Source: an uncultured Eubacteriales bacterium (GTDB taxonomy: Bacteria > Bacillota > Clostridia > Christensenellales > CAG-917). Taken from it: 64,000 bases of DNA. A program made the translations under genes and the position numbers. The stretch lies in NCBI GenBank assembly GCA_900549225.1, contig URNP01000003.1, forward strand, positions 17,264 through 81,263, written 5' to 3'. Below the pieces are notes generated by a model, which saw nothing but the letters and a program-made list of their open reading frames with translations, made no database searches and was not told the DNA's origin. Shown one piece after another: positions 27,816 to 36,164 of this stretch (the first letter of the stretch is position 1; each line of letters opens with the position of its first letter).

Positions 27816-29108
27816 TTATTTTCGTTTTTCTTGTCTTTCTTTTACGACTTTTTCAAAGCCGTTTTCGGTCGGCTCGTAGAACACTGCGTCCTTGATTTCG
27901 TCGGGCAAATACTGCTGTTTCACCCAACCGCCGTAAGAGTGCGGATATTTGTAGCCGCTGACTTTTTCTTCGTTGCCCTTGTAATTCGGGTCGCGAAGAT
28001 AAAGAGGTACGGTTTCGTGCTTTATCGTCTTGACGGCGTTTTCCGCACCGCCGAGCGCTTCGACCACTTTGTTGGACTTGGGCGCTTCGGACACGTAAAT
28101 TATGCCCTCTGCAAGCGGAATACGACCTTCGGGAAGCCCGATTTTCTCAAACGCCTGCACGCAAGAAGTGGCAACTACGATGGCGTTGGGATCTGCCATG
28201 CCGACGTCCTCGCAAGCGTGAATCATTATTCTGCGCCCGATGAGCATGGGATCGCAACCTGCCTCGATGAGCCTCTCCGCCCAATACAGCGCCGCGTTGC
28301 TGTCACTGCCGCGCATACTCTTGATGAATGCGGAAATCATGTCGTAATACATATCTTCCGTCATCGAAAGCGCTTTTTGCTGTATTGATTGCTCGGCTTC
28401 GGTTTTGCCGACTCTTATTACGCCGTCGGAGTCTGCGTGCGTGGTGAGCGCGGCAAGTTCAAGAGCGTTGAGCGCAGTGCGCATATCCCCTGCGCTTGCC
28501 CACGCCAAGTGCGAGTACGCCTCGTCGCTGACTTGAAGATTCATATTTCCCAAGCCTCTTTCCTTGTCCTTGACCGCGCGCTCGAGCCCTGCTCTTATAT
28601 CCTGTTCGGATAACCTCGAAAACGAGAAAATGCGGCATCTCGACACGATTGCCCTCGTCATCGAAACGTAGGGATTCTCCGTCGTCGAGCCAATGAAAAT
28701 TATGTATCCTTGCTCTATTGCTTGCAATACGCTGTCGCTTTGCGCTTTGTTCCAACGATGACACTCGTCCAAAAGCAAATATGTGCGTTTTCCGTACATT
28801 CTGAGCCTGTCGCGAGCCTCGTCGATAACCTTTTTTGCGTCCGCAACGCCGCTGGTCACTGCGTTGAGTTTCACAAACGCCGCGTGCGTGTTTTCGGCAA
28901 TAATGTTGGCAAGAGTGGTTTTGCCCGTGCCCGGAGGTCCGTAAAATATGCAACTTCCAAGTTTGTCTGCGGCAATCGCCCTGCTCAAAAGCGAGCCTTG
29001 CCCCACGATTTTGCCTTGCCCTAAAAACTCGCCCAAAGTGCGAGGACGCATACGCTCCGCAAGCGGAGCCATAGTTTTTTCATTGTTTTGAAGATCGAAT
29101 AAATCCAT
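27816..29108 (-). CDS. rarA: replication-associated recombination protein A (AAA+ ATPase)
   Basis: Walker A GPPGTGKTT, Walker B LLLDECHRWNKAQ, C-terminal MgsA-type domain. Confidence 0.92.
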   Translation of the reverse strand: MDLFDLQNNEKTMAPLAERMRPRTLGEFLGQGKIVGQGSLLSRAIAADKLGSCIFYGPPGTGKTTLANIIAENTHAAFVKLNAVTSGVADAKKVIDEARDRLRMYGKRTYLLLDECHRWNKAQSDSVLQAIEQGYIIFIGSTTENPYVSMTRAIVSRCRIFSFSRLSEQDIRAGLERAVKDKERGLGNMNLQVSDEAYSHLAWASAGDMRTALNALELAALTTHADSDGVIRVGKTEAEQSIQQKALSMTEDMYYDMISAFIKSMRGSDSNAALYWAERLIEAGCDPMLIGRRIMIHACEDVGMADPNAIVVATSCVQAFEKIGLPEGRIPLAEGIIYVSEAPKSNKVVEALGGAENAVKTIKHETVPLYLRDPNYKGNEEKVSGYKYPHSYGGWVKQQYLPDEIKDAVFYEPTENGFEKVVKERQEKRK

Positions 29109-29173
29109 ACCGCTATTGTAGCAACAAGCGCGGAATTTGTAAAGATAATTAAAAAAAAGTCATAGTATATATC

Positions 29174-29845
29174 GTGCAAAAAAGAGAACGCATCTCAAAA
29201 ACTATGAAACCGAAACTTTTCCGCGTCGTGATTGCGATTGCGGTTTTCCTTGCGATTTTCATTTTTTGCACGGTGTATTTCCGCTCGAATATCGTGCCTA
29301 CGGTTATGGACAGTTCGGTTGCGCAAATGCGTGCGGTGACCACAAATGCCGTAAACCTTGCCGCTACGAGCGTTCTGAGCGGAGGGCTTACCTACGATAT
29401 GCTCTTTGACATAGTCAAAGACGGCGAGGGAAATATTGCGATGATAAAGGCAAATTCGCCCGAAATAAACAAAATCGCAAGGCAAATCGCCAACCTTGCG
29501 CAAGCCAATCTCGACTCGCTCGGCACACAAGAAATTCAAATATCCGCAGGAACGTTCACGGGACTTGCGTTGCTTATGGGATTCGGCCCTGACGTAACCA
29601 TAAAAATCACGCCAATAGGCATGGCAAACTGCGATTTCGTGTCATATTTTCAGTCGGCAGGCATAAATCAGACCTTGCACAAAATCTACATAGACGTTTA
29701 CGCCGACGTGAGTATCGTCACGCCGATCGATCAGCCCACGATTCAAGTGAAAGCGGAAGTTTTGGTGTGTGAAAACCTTATAGTCGGCAAAATCCCCGAT
29801 AGTTACCTTAATTTGTACGGCAGCGAGGAAATGTATCCTCTGTAA
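29174..29845 (+). CDS. yunB: sporulation protein YunB
   Basis: N-terminal TM helix. The C-terminal part ...SAGINQTLHKIYIDVYADVSIVTP...VLVCENLIVGKIPDSY resembles B. subtilis YunB. Start is uncertain (GTG 29174 or ATG 29204). Confidence 0.78.
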   Translation: MQKRERISKTMKPKLFRVVIAIAVFLAIFIFCTVYFRSNIVPTVMDSSVAQMRAVTTNAVNLAATSVLSGGLTYDMLFDIVKDGEGNIAMIKANSPEINKIARQIANLAQANLDSLGTQEIQISAGTFTGLALLMGFGPDVTIKITPIGMANCDFVSYFQSAGINQTLHKIYIDVYADVSIVTPIDQPTIQVKAEVLVCENLIVGKIPDSYLNLYGSEEMYPL

Positions 29846-29863
29846 ACGTGATGGGATAAGCGA

Positions 29864-30241
29864 TTAAATCTTTTTGGAGCGGGAACGGGAAATGAGTCCG
29901 AATACGAAGCCGCAGACTATAACGGTCGTGAGTCCTGCCGAAACCGCGCTCATACCACCAGTGATTGCACCCAAAAATCCGTCTTTCCGCACGCCTTCGA
30001 GCGCACCTTTTGCAAGATTCGAGCCAAAACCCATTATCGGGATGGTTACGCCCGAACCTGCAAATTCCTTCATAGGCTCGAATGCGCCGCAAACTTCCAG
30101 AACGACGCCTATGAGCATATAAGTCACGAGAATGCGAGCCGACGACATCTTTGTTTTGTTGATGAGAATCTGTCCGAGCATACACACAAGACCACCGACG
30201 GCAAAGGTTTTGAGATAATCCAAAAATATATCCATATTCAC
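29864..30241 (-). CDS. spoVAE: stage V sporulation protein AE
   Basis: 125-aa membrane protein. FAVGGLVCMLGQIL...FAGSGVTIPIMGFG resembles SpoVAEB. Follows spoVAD. Confidence 0.85.
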   Translation of the reverse strand: MNMDIFLDYLKTFAVGGLVCMLGQILINKTKMSSARILVTYMLIGVVLEVCGAFEPMKEFAGSGVTIPIMGFGSNLAKGALEGVRKDGFLGAITGGMSAVSAGLTTVIVCGFVFGLISRSRSKKI

Positions 30242-30391
30242 TCCGATTCGGCTATAAAGACCGAAACTATTATAAATTTTGCCTGTTTTTATAATACTTT
30301 TATCTTAAAATCGACTCAAATCGATACGACAATAACGATTATAGATGATTTGAGATTTTTTACGAAGCCCCTTCCTCCCGCCCCGTATTCA

Positions 30392-31585
30392 CTACAAAAA
30401 CGGGTGACTTTCAAAAGTTATCGCGTGCGAAACGCCGGGAATCGTTTCCTTTTGAAGAGGCGTATCCTTGTTCAAAAGAGCCCCCGTGGGAACGACGAGT
30501 ACTCTCTTCAACTCTCCCCTTTGCATTTTTTTGAGGATATACGCGTTGAAAACAGTGTTTACGCAACCTGCGCCCGAACCGCCCTGGAACGTCTTTTGCT
30601 CGGGCGTAAAGTAACTTGCGCCGCAATCCATATAGTATTTGGGAAGCGTTATACCCTCTTTCGAGAGCAAATATTCAAGCATTTTCTTGCCGTGTCTGCC
30701 CAAATCGCCCGTAAAAATGCCGTCGTAATAGTCGGGAGAGCGACCGCTGTCCTTGAAATGCGTCACTATCGTGTCGCAAGCGGCAGGAGCCATCGCAGCC
30801 CCCATATTCGCTTCGTCGTCAATGCCTAAATCTATGACTCTGCCCATCGTTCCGCCCGTCACGGTGACGTAATTTGTGTTCGGCTTGGCGTAATCGTTGC
30901 TTTCCTTGTCAAAATTGTCTTCAATTATGTTGGATTTTTCCTTATCGATGACTTTTTTCTGCTTTTCTATGCTCTTTTTGTACTTTTCGAGCGTTTTTTC
31001 GTCGATATTCATACTATCATCAATTGCAATGATATCGTCCTCGTACACTCTTTCGTTCATCATTGACGGTTTTTGAGAGGACAAAACGGTGCAACCTGCT
31101 CCCGTAACCGTCCATTGCGACGTCGGAGTGCGCTGATTGCCAAGTTCGAGCGGAAAACGATATTGCCTTTCGGCAGAAGCGAAGTGACTCGAAGTGGAAC
31201 AGGTCACGTTTTCGGCAAAACCGCCCGATATCGCCATAGAGCCGACGATTATACTCTCGCTGAACGTCGAGCAAGCGTTGTATAATCCTAAAAACGCACA
31301 CGGAAAATTGCGAGCGGCAAGCGACGTTGCGGCAAGTTCGTTGAGCAAATCTCCGCCGAGCATTATATCTATATCTTCTCTTTTCAAGCCTGCCTTTTTG
31401 ATTGCGCCGCTCACTGCGTCACGATGCATTTTGCTTTCGCATTTCTCAAAGGATTTTTCGCACCAAACGTCGTTTTTCAAGACGATATCGAACTTATCTG
31501 CAAAGTTTCCGTCGCCCTCTTTCGGACCGACGATCGTAAATCCGCTTTTTATATATATAGCCTTAGATAACTGAAAAGTGCGCAT
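30392..31585 (-). CDS. spoVAD: stage V sporulation protein AD (thiolase-fold), with a lineage-specific insertion
   Basis: 397 aa with the SpoVAD pattern ...GDLLNEL...LYNACST...MGAAMAPAA...GGSGAGC. There is an extra segment of about 60 aa, rich in K/E/D/N, at residues about 172-238. Confidence 0.9.
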   Translation of the reverse strand: MRTFQLSKAIYIKSGFTIVGPKEGDGNFADKFDIVLKNDVWCEKSFEKCESKMHRDAVSGAIKKAGLKREDIDIMLGGDLLNELAATSLAARNFPCAFLGLYNACSTFSESIIVGSMAISGGFAENVTCSTSSHFASAERQYRFPLELGNQRTPTSQWTVTGAGCTVLSSQKPSMMNERVYEDDIIAIDDSMNIDEKTLEKYKKSIEKQKKVIDKEKSNIIEDNFDKESNDYAKPNTNYVTVTGGTMGRVIDLGIDDEANMGAAMAPAACDTIVTHFKDSGRSPDYYDGIFTGDLGRHGKKMLEYLLSKEGITLPKYYMDCGASYFTPEQKTFQGGSGAGCVNTVFNAYILKKMQRGELKRVLVVPTGALLNKDTPLQKETIPGVSHAITFESHPFL

Positions 31586-31593
31586 TTTTCACC

Positions 31594-32037
31594 TCACATA
31601 TACACGAAATAGCCGATCAATCCGACTACGAAACTTGCCACGACGCCGAAAACGATGATCGGACCTGCGATCACGAACATTTTTGCGCAAACGCCGAAAA
31701 ACACACCCTCTCGGTTATATTCCATTGCGGGAGAAACCACCGAGTTTGCAAACCCCGTGATGGGAATTATCGAGCCGCCTCCGGCAAAATGTCCGAGTTT
31801 GTCGTAAAGTCCGACCGCAGTGAAAAAACTACCGAGGAAAATCATTATGCAACTTTCGTAAATCGCAACGTTTTTGTCGCTCATATCCTTGAATATGAGC
31901 CGCAAAATATCACCGATTCCTTCGCCAATGCAACAGATTATTCCGCCCACAAAAAACGCCGCAAGCAACGTTCTCACCATAGGTGACTTCGGCGCGTCTT
32001 CTTTGACATACTTTTGATACTCTTCTCTTTCTATCAT
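31594..32037 (-). CDS. spoVAC: stage V sporulation protein AC
   Basis: 147-aa membrane protein with the SpoVAC pattern (FFVGGIICCIGEG..., PITGFANSV). Confidence 0.9.
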   Translation of the reverse strand: MIEREEYQKYVKEDAPKSPMVRTLLAAFFVGGIICCIGEGIGDILRLIFKDMSDKNVAIYESCIMIFLGSFFTAVGLYDKLGHFAGGGSIIPITGFANSVVSPAMEYNREGVFFGVCAKMFVIAGPIIVFGVVASFVVGLIGYFVYM

Positions 32038-32040
32038 AAT

Positions 32041-32208
32041 TCACTTCGTCGGATTTGCGTTTTCACTTGCGGCAGAGATTTTTTCGGCACTTGAAGAATC
32101 GGCGTTTTTCACGCCTTCGACAACACCTTCGACGTTCAGATTCTTCTTGAAATACACTTCTTTGTCCTCTACGTTCTTTGAAAACAGCGCATCCATATGC
32201 GCAATCAT
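32041..32208 (-). CDS. possible small ORF (55 aa) between sigF and spoVAC
   Basis: ATG 32208 to TGA 32041, ending 3 nt before the spoVAC ATG. Codon style resembles neighbouring genes, but there is no clear SD and it is below the ORF-track cutoff. Confidence 0.25.
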   Translation of the reverse strand: MIAHMDALFSKNVEDKEVYFKKNLNVEGVVEGVKNADSSSAEKISAASENANPTK

Positions 32209-32324
32209 TGCCAACGAGAGTAATTTTTAATCAAAAAAATAATAAAAACGCCCGACGGGTAGTCGAGCATAGGATCGTTTTGAAAATCTAAAAACCGAAC
32301 GGACGATACGACGTTTTGATAAAG

Positions 32325-33038
32325 TCAATTTTCCATACCGTCTTTGAGTTTTTGAAGCACTTTGTTTTCTATGCGGCTCACCTGAACTTGAGATACGCCA
32401 AGTTCTTTTGCGATTTCGCTCTGCGTTTTATCCCTGAAATAGCGCAAAACTATGACTTTTTTCTCCCTTTGAGGCAAGTCTTCGATGAGGTCTTTGAGGA
32501 GCATTTTGTCAATGTTTTCGTCCTCACACTCTTCGGTTGCGATTTTGTCGCCGAGTTCCAAATCGTCGTCGCCGACGGTTGCCGAAAGCGAGAGCAAATA
32601 ATGCTGCGCGTCCATTGCGAACACGATTTCCTGCGCGTCTACGTCAAACGCGGTCGCAAGTTGCTCAACGGTTGGCTCTGCCTCGCCGTTTTTGAGTTTT
32701 TCATCGATATACGCCGAGATTTTCTGCGCAAGAGATTTCGTCCATCTGGAAACCTTTATCGCGCCGTCATCACGCAAAAATCGCTTGATTTCACCGCTTA
32801 TCATCGGAACTGCGTACGTTGAAAAGCGCACGCCGTATTCTACGTCGAAATTTTGCATCGCTTTGATGAATCCGATTGCCCCGAGTTGCATCAAATCGTC
32901 GTATTCGAGCCTGCCTTTGAATCGCTTTACGATGGATTTTATCAGCGGAACGTTTTCCTCGATTAGTTTTTCTTTCGCACCGTCGTCGCCTGCCTGAGCC
33001 TTTTTGAGAAGTTCGAGCGTGGCTTGATGCTCTAACAT
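32325..33038 (-). CDS. sigF: RNA polymerase sporulation sigma factor SigF
   Basis: 237-aa sigma-70 family protein (regions 2-4) directly after spoIIAA-spoIIAB. Confidence 0.93.
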   Translation of the reverse strand: MLEHQATLELLKKAQAGDDGAKEKLIEENVPLIKSIVKRFKGRLEYDDLMQLGAIGFIKAMQNFDVEYGVRFSTYAVPMISGEIKRFLRDDGAIKVSRWTKSLAQKISAYIDEKLKNGEAEPTVEQLATAFDVDAQEIVFAMDAQHYLLSLSATVGDDDLELGDKIATEECEDENIDKMLLKDLIEDLPQREKKVIVLRYFRDKTQSEIAKELGVSQVQVSRIENKVLQKLKDGMEN

Positions 33039-33460
33039 TCTTTTATCACCTTTTTCATTCTGACAACAGTGCCCTCACCAACCACGGAAGTCACGTCCAT
33101 TTCGTCCATAAAAGTTTCGATAATCGTGAAGCCCATACCGCTACGCTCGTCGCTCGCCGCCGTGGTGAAAAACGGCTCGATCGCCTCTTTTACGTCCGCT
33201 ATGCCCTTGCCGAAGTCGCGCACAACAATTTCTATCGTGCGATTTTGTTTGTCAACACGGCACTCGATTTGCATAATTCCGCTCTCGTCACTGCCGTATG
33301 CGTGCACCACTACGTTGGTCACCGCTTCGCTTACCGCGGTTTTTATGTCGTTTATCTCCTCGAGCGTCGGGGAACATTCTATGGCAAACGACGCCACTAC
33401 GTTGCGTGCGAACGCTTCATTTTTGGACGTCGCAAGCAGTTTCATATCAAAATAATTCAT
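33032..33460 (-). CDS. spoIIAB: anti-sigma F factor (serine kinase)
   Basis: 142-aa HATPase with N-box AVSEAVTNVVVHAY and G-boxes DFGKGI and GMGF. Confidence 0.93.
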   Translation of the reverse strand: MNYFDMKLLATSKNEAFARNVVASFAIECSPTLEEINDIKTAVSEAVTNVVVHAYGSDESGIMQIECRVDKQNRTIEIVVRDFGKGIADVKEAIEPFFTTAASDERSGMGFTIIETFMDEMDVTSVVGEGTVVRMKKVIKEC

Positions 33461-33469
33461 ACTTTCTCC

Positions 33470-33781
33470 TTATTCAACAATCGGTACGAAGCGGTACACG
33501 CCGCTCGCGCAAAAAACTTTGTCCACTTGTTTGGGTACTGCGGCAAGCAACAGTTCGGCGTGCCGCGCCTTGAGTTTCTTGTATCTTCCGAGCACGAATC
33601 CGAGTCCCGTGCTGTCGATGAACGTCACGCCGCGCATATCGAATATCATCGAACGTAAATCGCGGGTGTTTTCGATGATATCGTCAATTCTCGATCTGAC
33701 CATCTTCACGCAGTATTCGTCGATTTCGCCCGAAAGCACAACGCGCACACAATCTTTTTCAGATATAAATTCAACTTCCAT
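33470..33781 (-). CDS. spoIIAA: anti-sigma F factor antagonist (STAS)
   Basis: 103-aa STAS protein with the FIDSTGLG phospho-serine motif. Confidence 0.9.
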   Translation of the reverse strand: MEVEFISEKDCVRVVLSGEIDEYCVKMVRSRIDDIIENTRDLRSMIFDMRGVTFIDSTGLGFVLGRYKKLKARHAELLLAAVPKQVDKVFCASGVYRFVPIVE

Positions 33782-33899
33782 ATTGCCTCCGTCATTAGAA
33801 TAAACAGTATCTAATCGAAGATTTTGACGAGTTTTGCGTTTTTTGCGAAAATCAAAAATTTTTATGTCAAAAAATTCTTCAAATCTATCAAAAAAATCA

Positions 33900-33928
33900 T
33901 TGACAACTTTTTTGATTTATTGTATATT
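33900..33928 (+). promoter_or_regulatory. sigma-A type promoter candidate for the tRNA cluster (TTGACA-17-TATATT)
   Basis: TTGACA at 33900-33905, 17 nt ending TG, TATATT at 33923-33928, about 34 nt before tRNA-Pro. Confidence 0.6.
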
Positions 33929-33961
33929 GTTGTAGTCGCAATGAACGACGCGAAAATCTTT

Positions 33962-34039
33962 CGGGGTGTAGCGCAGTTTGGCTAGCGCGTCTGATTTGGG
34001 TTCAGAAGGTCGGGAGTTCGAATCTCTTCACCCCGACCA
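33962..34039 (+). tRNA. tRNA-Pro (anticodon TGG), CCA encoded
   Basis: Hand-folded cloverleaf: acceptor CGGGGTG/CACCCCG, anticodon loop TTTGGGT, T-loop TTCGAAT. Confidence 0.92.
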
Positions 34040-34072
34040 GCACAACTTCACCGATATGATTCGGGCCTTTAG

Positions 34073-34149
34073 CTCAGTTGGTTAGAGCAGTCGGCTCATA
34101 ACCGATCGGTCCGCGGTTCGAGTCCGTGAAGGCCCACCATAAAATATAA
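34073..34149 (+). tRNA. tRNA with anticodon CAT (Met, or Ile2 if lysidine-modified), CCA encoded
   Basis: Acceptor GGGCCTT/AAGGCCC, anticodon loop CTCATAA, T-loop TTCGAGT. Confidence 0.9.
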
Positions 34150-34166
34150 ATTATTTGGCCCGGTAG

Positions 34167-34243
34167 TACAGTTGGTTAGTACGCCAGCCTGTCACGCTGG
34201 AGGTCAGGGGTTCGAGCCCCCTCCGGGTCGCCATCAACCGTCA
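34167..34243 (+). tRNA. tRNA-Asp (anticodon GTC), CCA encoded
   Basis: Acceptor GGCCCGG/CCGGGTC, anticodon loop CTGTCAC, T-loop TTCGAGC. Confidence 0.92.
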
Positions 34244-34280
34244 CTGCCATAAAACTAAAAAAGGGATCGAAATCCCAAAT

Positions 34281-34356
34281 GCCTCGGTAGCTCAGGTGGT
34301 AGAGCAAGGGACTGAAAATCCCTGTGTCGGTGGTTCGAGTCCGCCCCGAGGCACCA
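34281..34356 (+). tRNA. tRNA-Phe (anticodon GAA), CCA encoded
   Basis: Acceptor GCCTCGG/CCGAGGC, anticodon loop CTGAAAA, T-loop TTCGAGT. Confidence 0.92.
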
Positions 34357-34368
34357 ACAACTCAATAC

Positions 34369-34444
34369 GCTGGTGTAGCTCAACAGGCAGAGCAACTGAT
34401 TTGTAATCAGTAGGTTGTTGGTTCGATTCCGATCACCAGCTCCA
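34369..34444 (+). tRNA. tRNA-Thr (anticodon TGT), CCA encoded
   Basis: Acceptor GCTGGTG/CACCAGC, anticodon loop TTTGTAA, T-loop TTCGATT. Confidence 0.9.
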
Positions 34445-34447
34445 TAT

Positions 34448-34532
<85 letters not shown>

Positions 34533-34536
34533 ACAA

Positions 34537-34569
34537 AATCCGTGTCAGTTGGCACGGATTTTTCTTTTG
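34537..34569 (+). terminator. rho-independent terminator of the tRNA cluster
   Basis: AATCCGTG-TCAGTTGG-CACGGATT followed by TTTCTTTT. Confidence 0.85.
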
Positions 34570-34899
34570 AAAAATCCTTTGCCGTTTGACAGTATTTTCT
34601 TGGTACTACCGCACAATCGTCCGTATGCTCTAAAAACAAGCACGGACAAAAAACCATACCGCAATTCCGCACGCCCGATTGTTTGGTGAAAGCGTGCTAC
34701 GCACGCAATGCGAATATAATCATAAAATTTTTGCTATTTTCGCTGTGTTCTGTCACATAAAGTGTCACATATTTATCCGATTCAAGCAGTAATACTGAAA
34801 TATTGCAGTAAAGATTTTTGCTGTGAATGTGTACGATTTTGTATTAAAGTTGGAAATAACCCAATAAGATTTTTTTGTTTATAACTACATATGAAATCG

Positions 34900-34928
34900 T
34901 TGACAATCCAAAAATAGGGTCACATACT
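34900..34928 (+). promoter_or_regulatory. promoter candidate (TTGACA-17-CATACT) overlapped by a GTCACATA motif
   Basis: TTGACA at 34900-34905, 17 nt, CATACT at 34923-34928. The -10 is weak. Confidence 0.35.
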
Positions 34929-34963
34929 TATGGCGGAAATACGGCATAAAGGAAGTTTTGGAT

Positions 34964-36013
34964 ATGGTGTGGGTATTGTTGGCTCTCGGCGGTGCTGTTT
35001 GCACTTCGATGACAACCATTCTTGCAAAAATCGGCATTAAAGACGTTAATTCAAACTTTGCAACGGCGTATAGGACGCTTATCGTCATCGTTTGTGCGCT
35101 CGTAATGTGTCTTGCCACGGGCGATATAAGTCAATTCGGAGCGCTGAGCGGCAAAAACTGGTTGTTTTTGGTGCTGTCCGGATTTGCAACGGGTATTTCC
35201 TGGCTGTTTTATTTCGGAGCGCTCAAAGAAGGCGACGTAAACAAAGTCGCGCCGATTGACAAGTCAAGTTTCATTTTGTCCGCAATCTTGTTTTTGATAT
35301 TTTTCTTTGACGACACGACCAAAGGCGGAGATACGCTCACGATTTGTATGCTTTGTCTGACGATGGTGTTGATGCTCGCAGGCACGATACTTATGCTGCC
35401 CAAGCACACGATCGAGTTTAAAAAGCATCATAAACCTCAATCCAACGTATTAGATGCTCAAAATTCGCAGGTCGTTGCGGACGGCACGAGCGATGAAAAC
35501 AGTCAAGATAACGTCAAGGAATCCGCTTCTCAATACACCGAATCTACTCTCACCGCAACCGCCGATACGGAAAAGAAAAGCAAAAAATGGGTTGTTTACG
35601 CCGTATTGAGCGCAGTGTTTGCCGCTCTAGTTTCGCTATTTGCAAAACTCGGTCTTAAAGATATTCCCTCCGACGTCGGAACTTTTTACAGAACAATTGT
35701 CGTGTTTATCTTTGCAACGTCGATAGTGCTCGCAAAAAAAGATTACCGTGGCATAAAACAGATTAACCCGAAATCTTGGATATTCCTCACGTTTTCGGGC
35801 ATCGCAACGGGCGGCGCGTGGCTCTGTGAATACTATGCGCTCAACTTTTCTGGCGCAAATCCCGTCGCGGTCAACTGTATCGGGAAACTTTCGATACTTC
35901 TCACAATGTTCTTATCCTGGCTGATTATGAAAGAAAAATTCACCGCTCGCTCACTCGTCGGGCTCGGTTTGCTCACCGCAGGCATAGGTTTGATTATCGG
36001 ATTCAGTTTGTAA
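34964..36013 (+). CDS. EamA/DMT-family transporter (two EamA halves joined by a hydrophilic linker)
   Basis: ORF 34958 (TTG) to 36013 with ATG 34964 preferred, 8 nt after AAGGAAG. There are two blocks of about 140 aa with 4-5 TM helices each, and a 60-aa polar linker. Confidence 0.78.
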   Translation: MVWVLLALGGAVCTSMTTILAKIGIKDVNSNFATAYRTLIVIVCALVMCLATGDISQFGALSGKNWLFLVLSGFATGISWLFYFGALKEGDVNKVAPIDKSSFILSAILFLIFFFDDTTKGGDTLTICMLCLTMVLMLAGTILMLPKHTIEFKKHHKPQSNVLDAQNSQVVADGTSDENSQDNVKESASQYTESTLTATADTEKKSKKWVVYAVLSAVFAALVSLFAKLGLKDIPSDVGTFYRTIVVFIFATSIVLAKKDYRGIKQINPKSWIFLTFSGIATGGAWLCEYYALNFSGANPVAVNCIGKLSILLTMFLSWLIMKEKFTARSLVGLGLLTAGIGLIIGFSL

Positions 36014-36035
36014 AACGCAATATGGTTAAATCAAG

Positions 36036-36068
36036 CGAAAACCGCACTGTTTAGTGCGGTTTTCGTTT
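36036..36068. terminator. rho-independent terminator (bidirectional hairpin)
   Basis: AAACCGCAC-TGTTTAG-TGCGGTTT followed by TCGTTT, between convergent transporter genes. Confidence 0.8.
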
Positions 36069-36164
36069 GCCAACCTTATTAATCAAAACCAAAACATCCG
36101 TTGTGTTTTTGAAAATACTTTACAATATTGAAAATTCTATTGAATAAATCCTCTTATATTTTGA

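Noticed and set aside
29109-29203. The short divergent spacer between rarA and yunB considered as a shared regulatory region
   Set aside because: I could identify no repeat, palindrome or clear promoter hexamers. The yunB start codon itself is uncertain (GTG 29174 versus ATG 29204).
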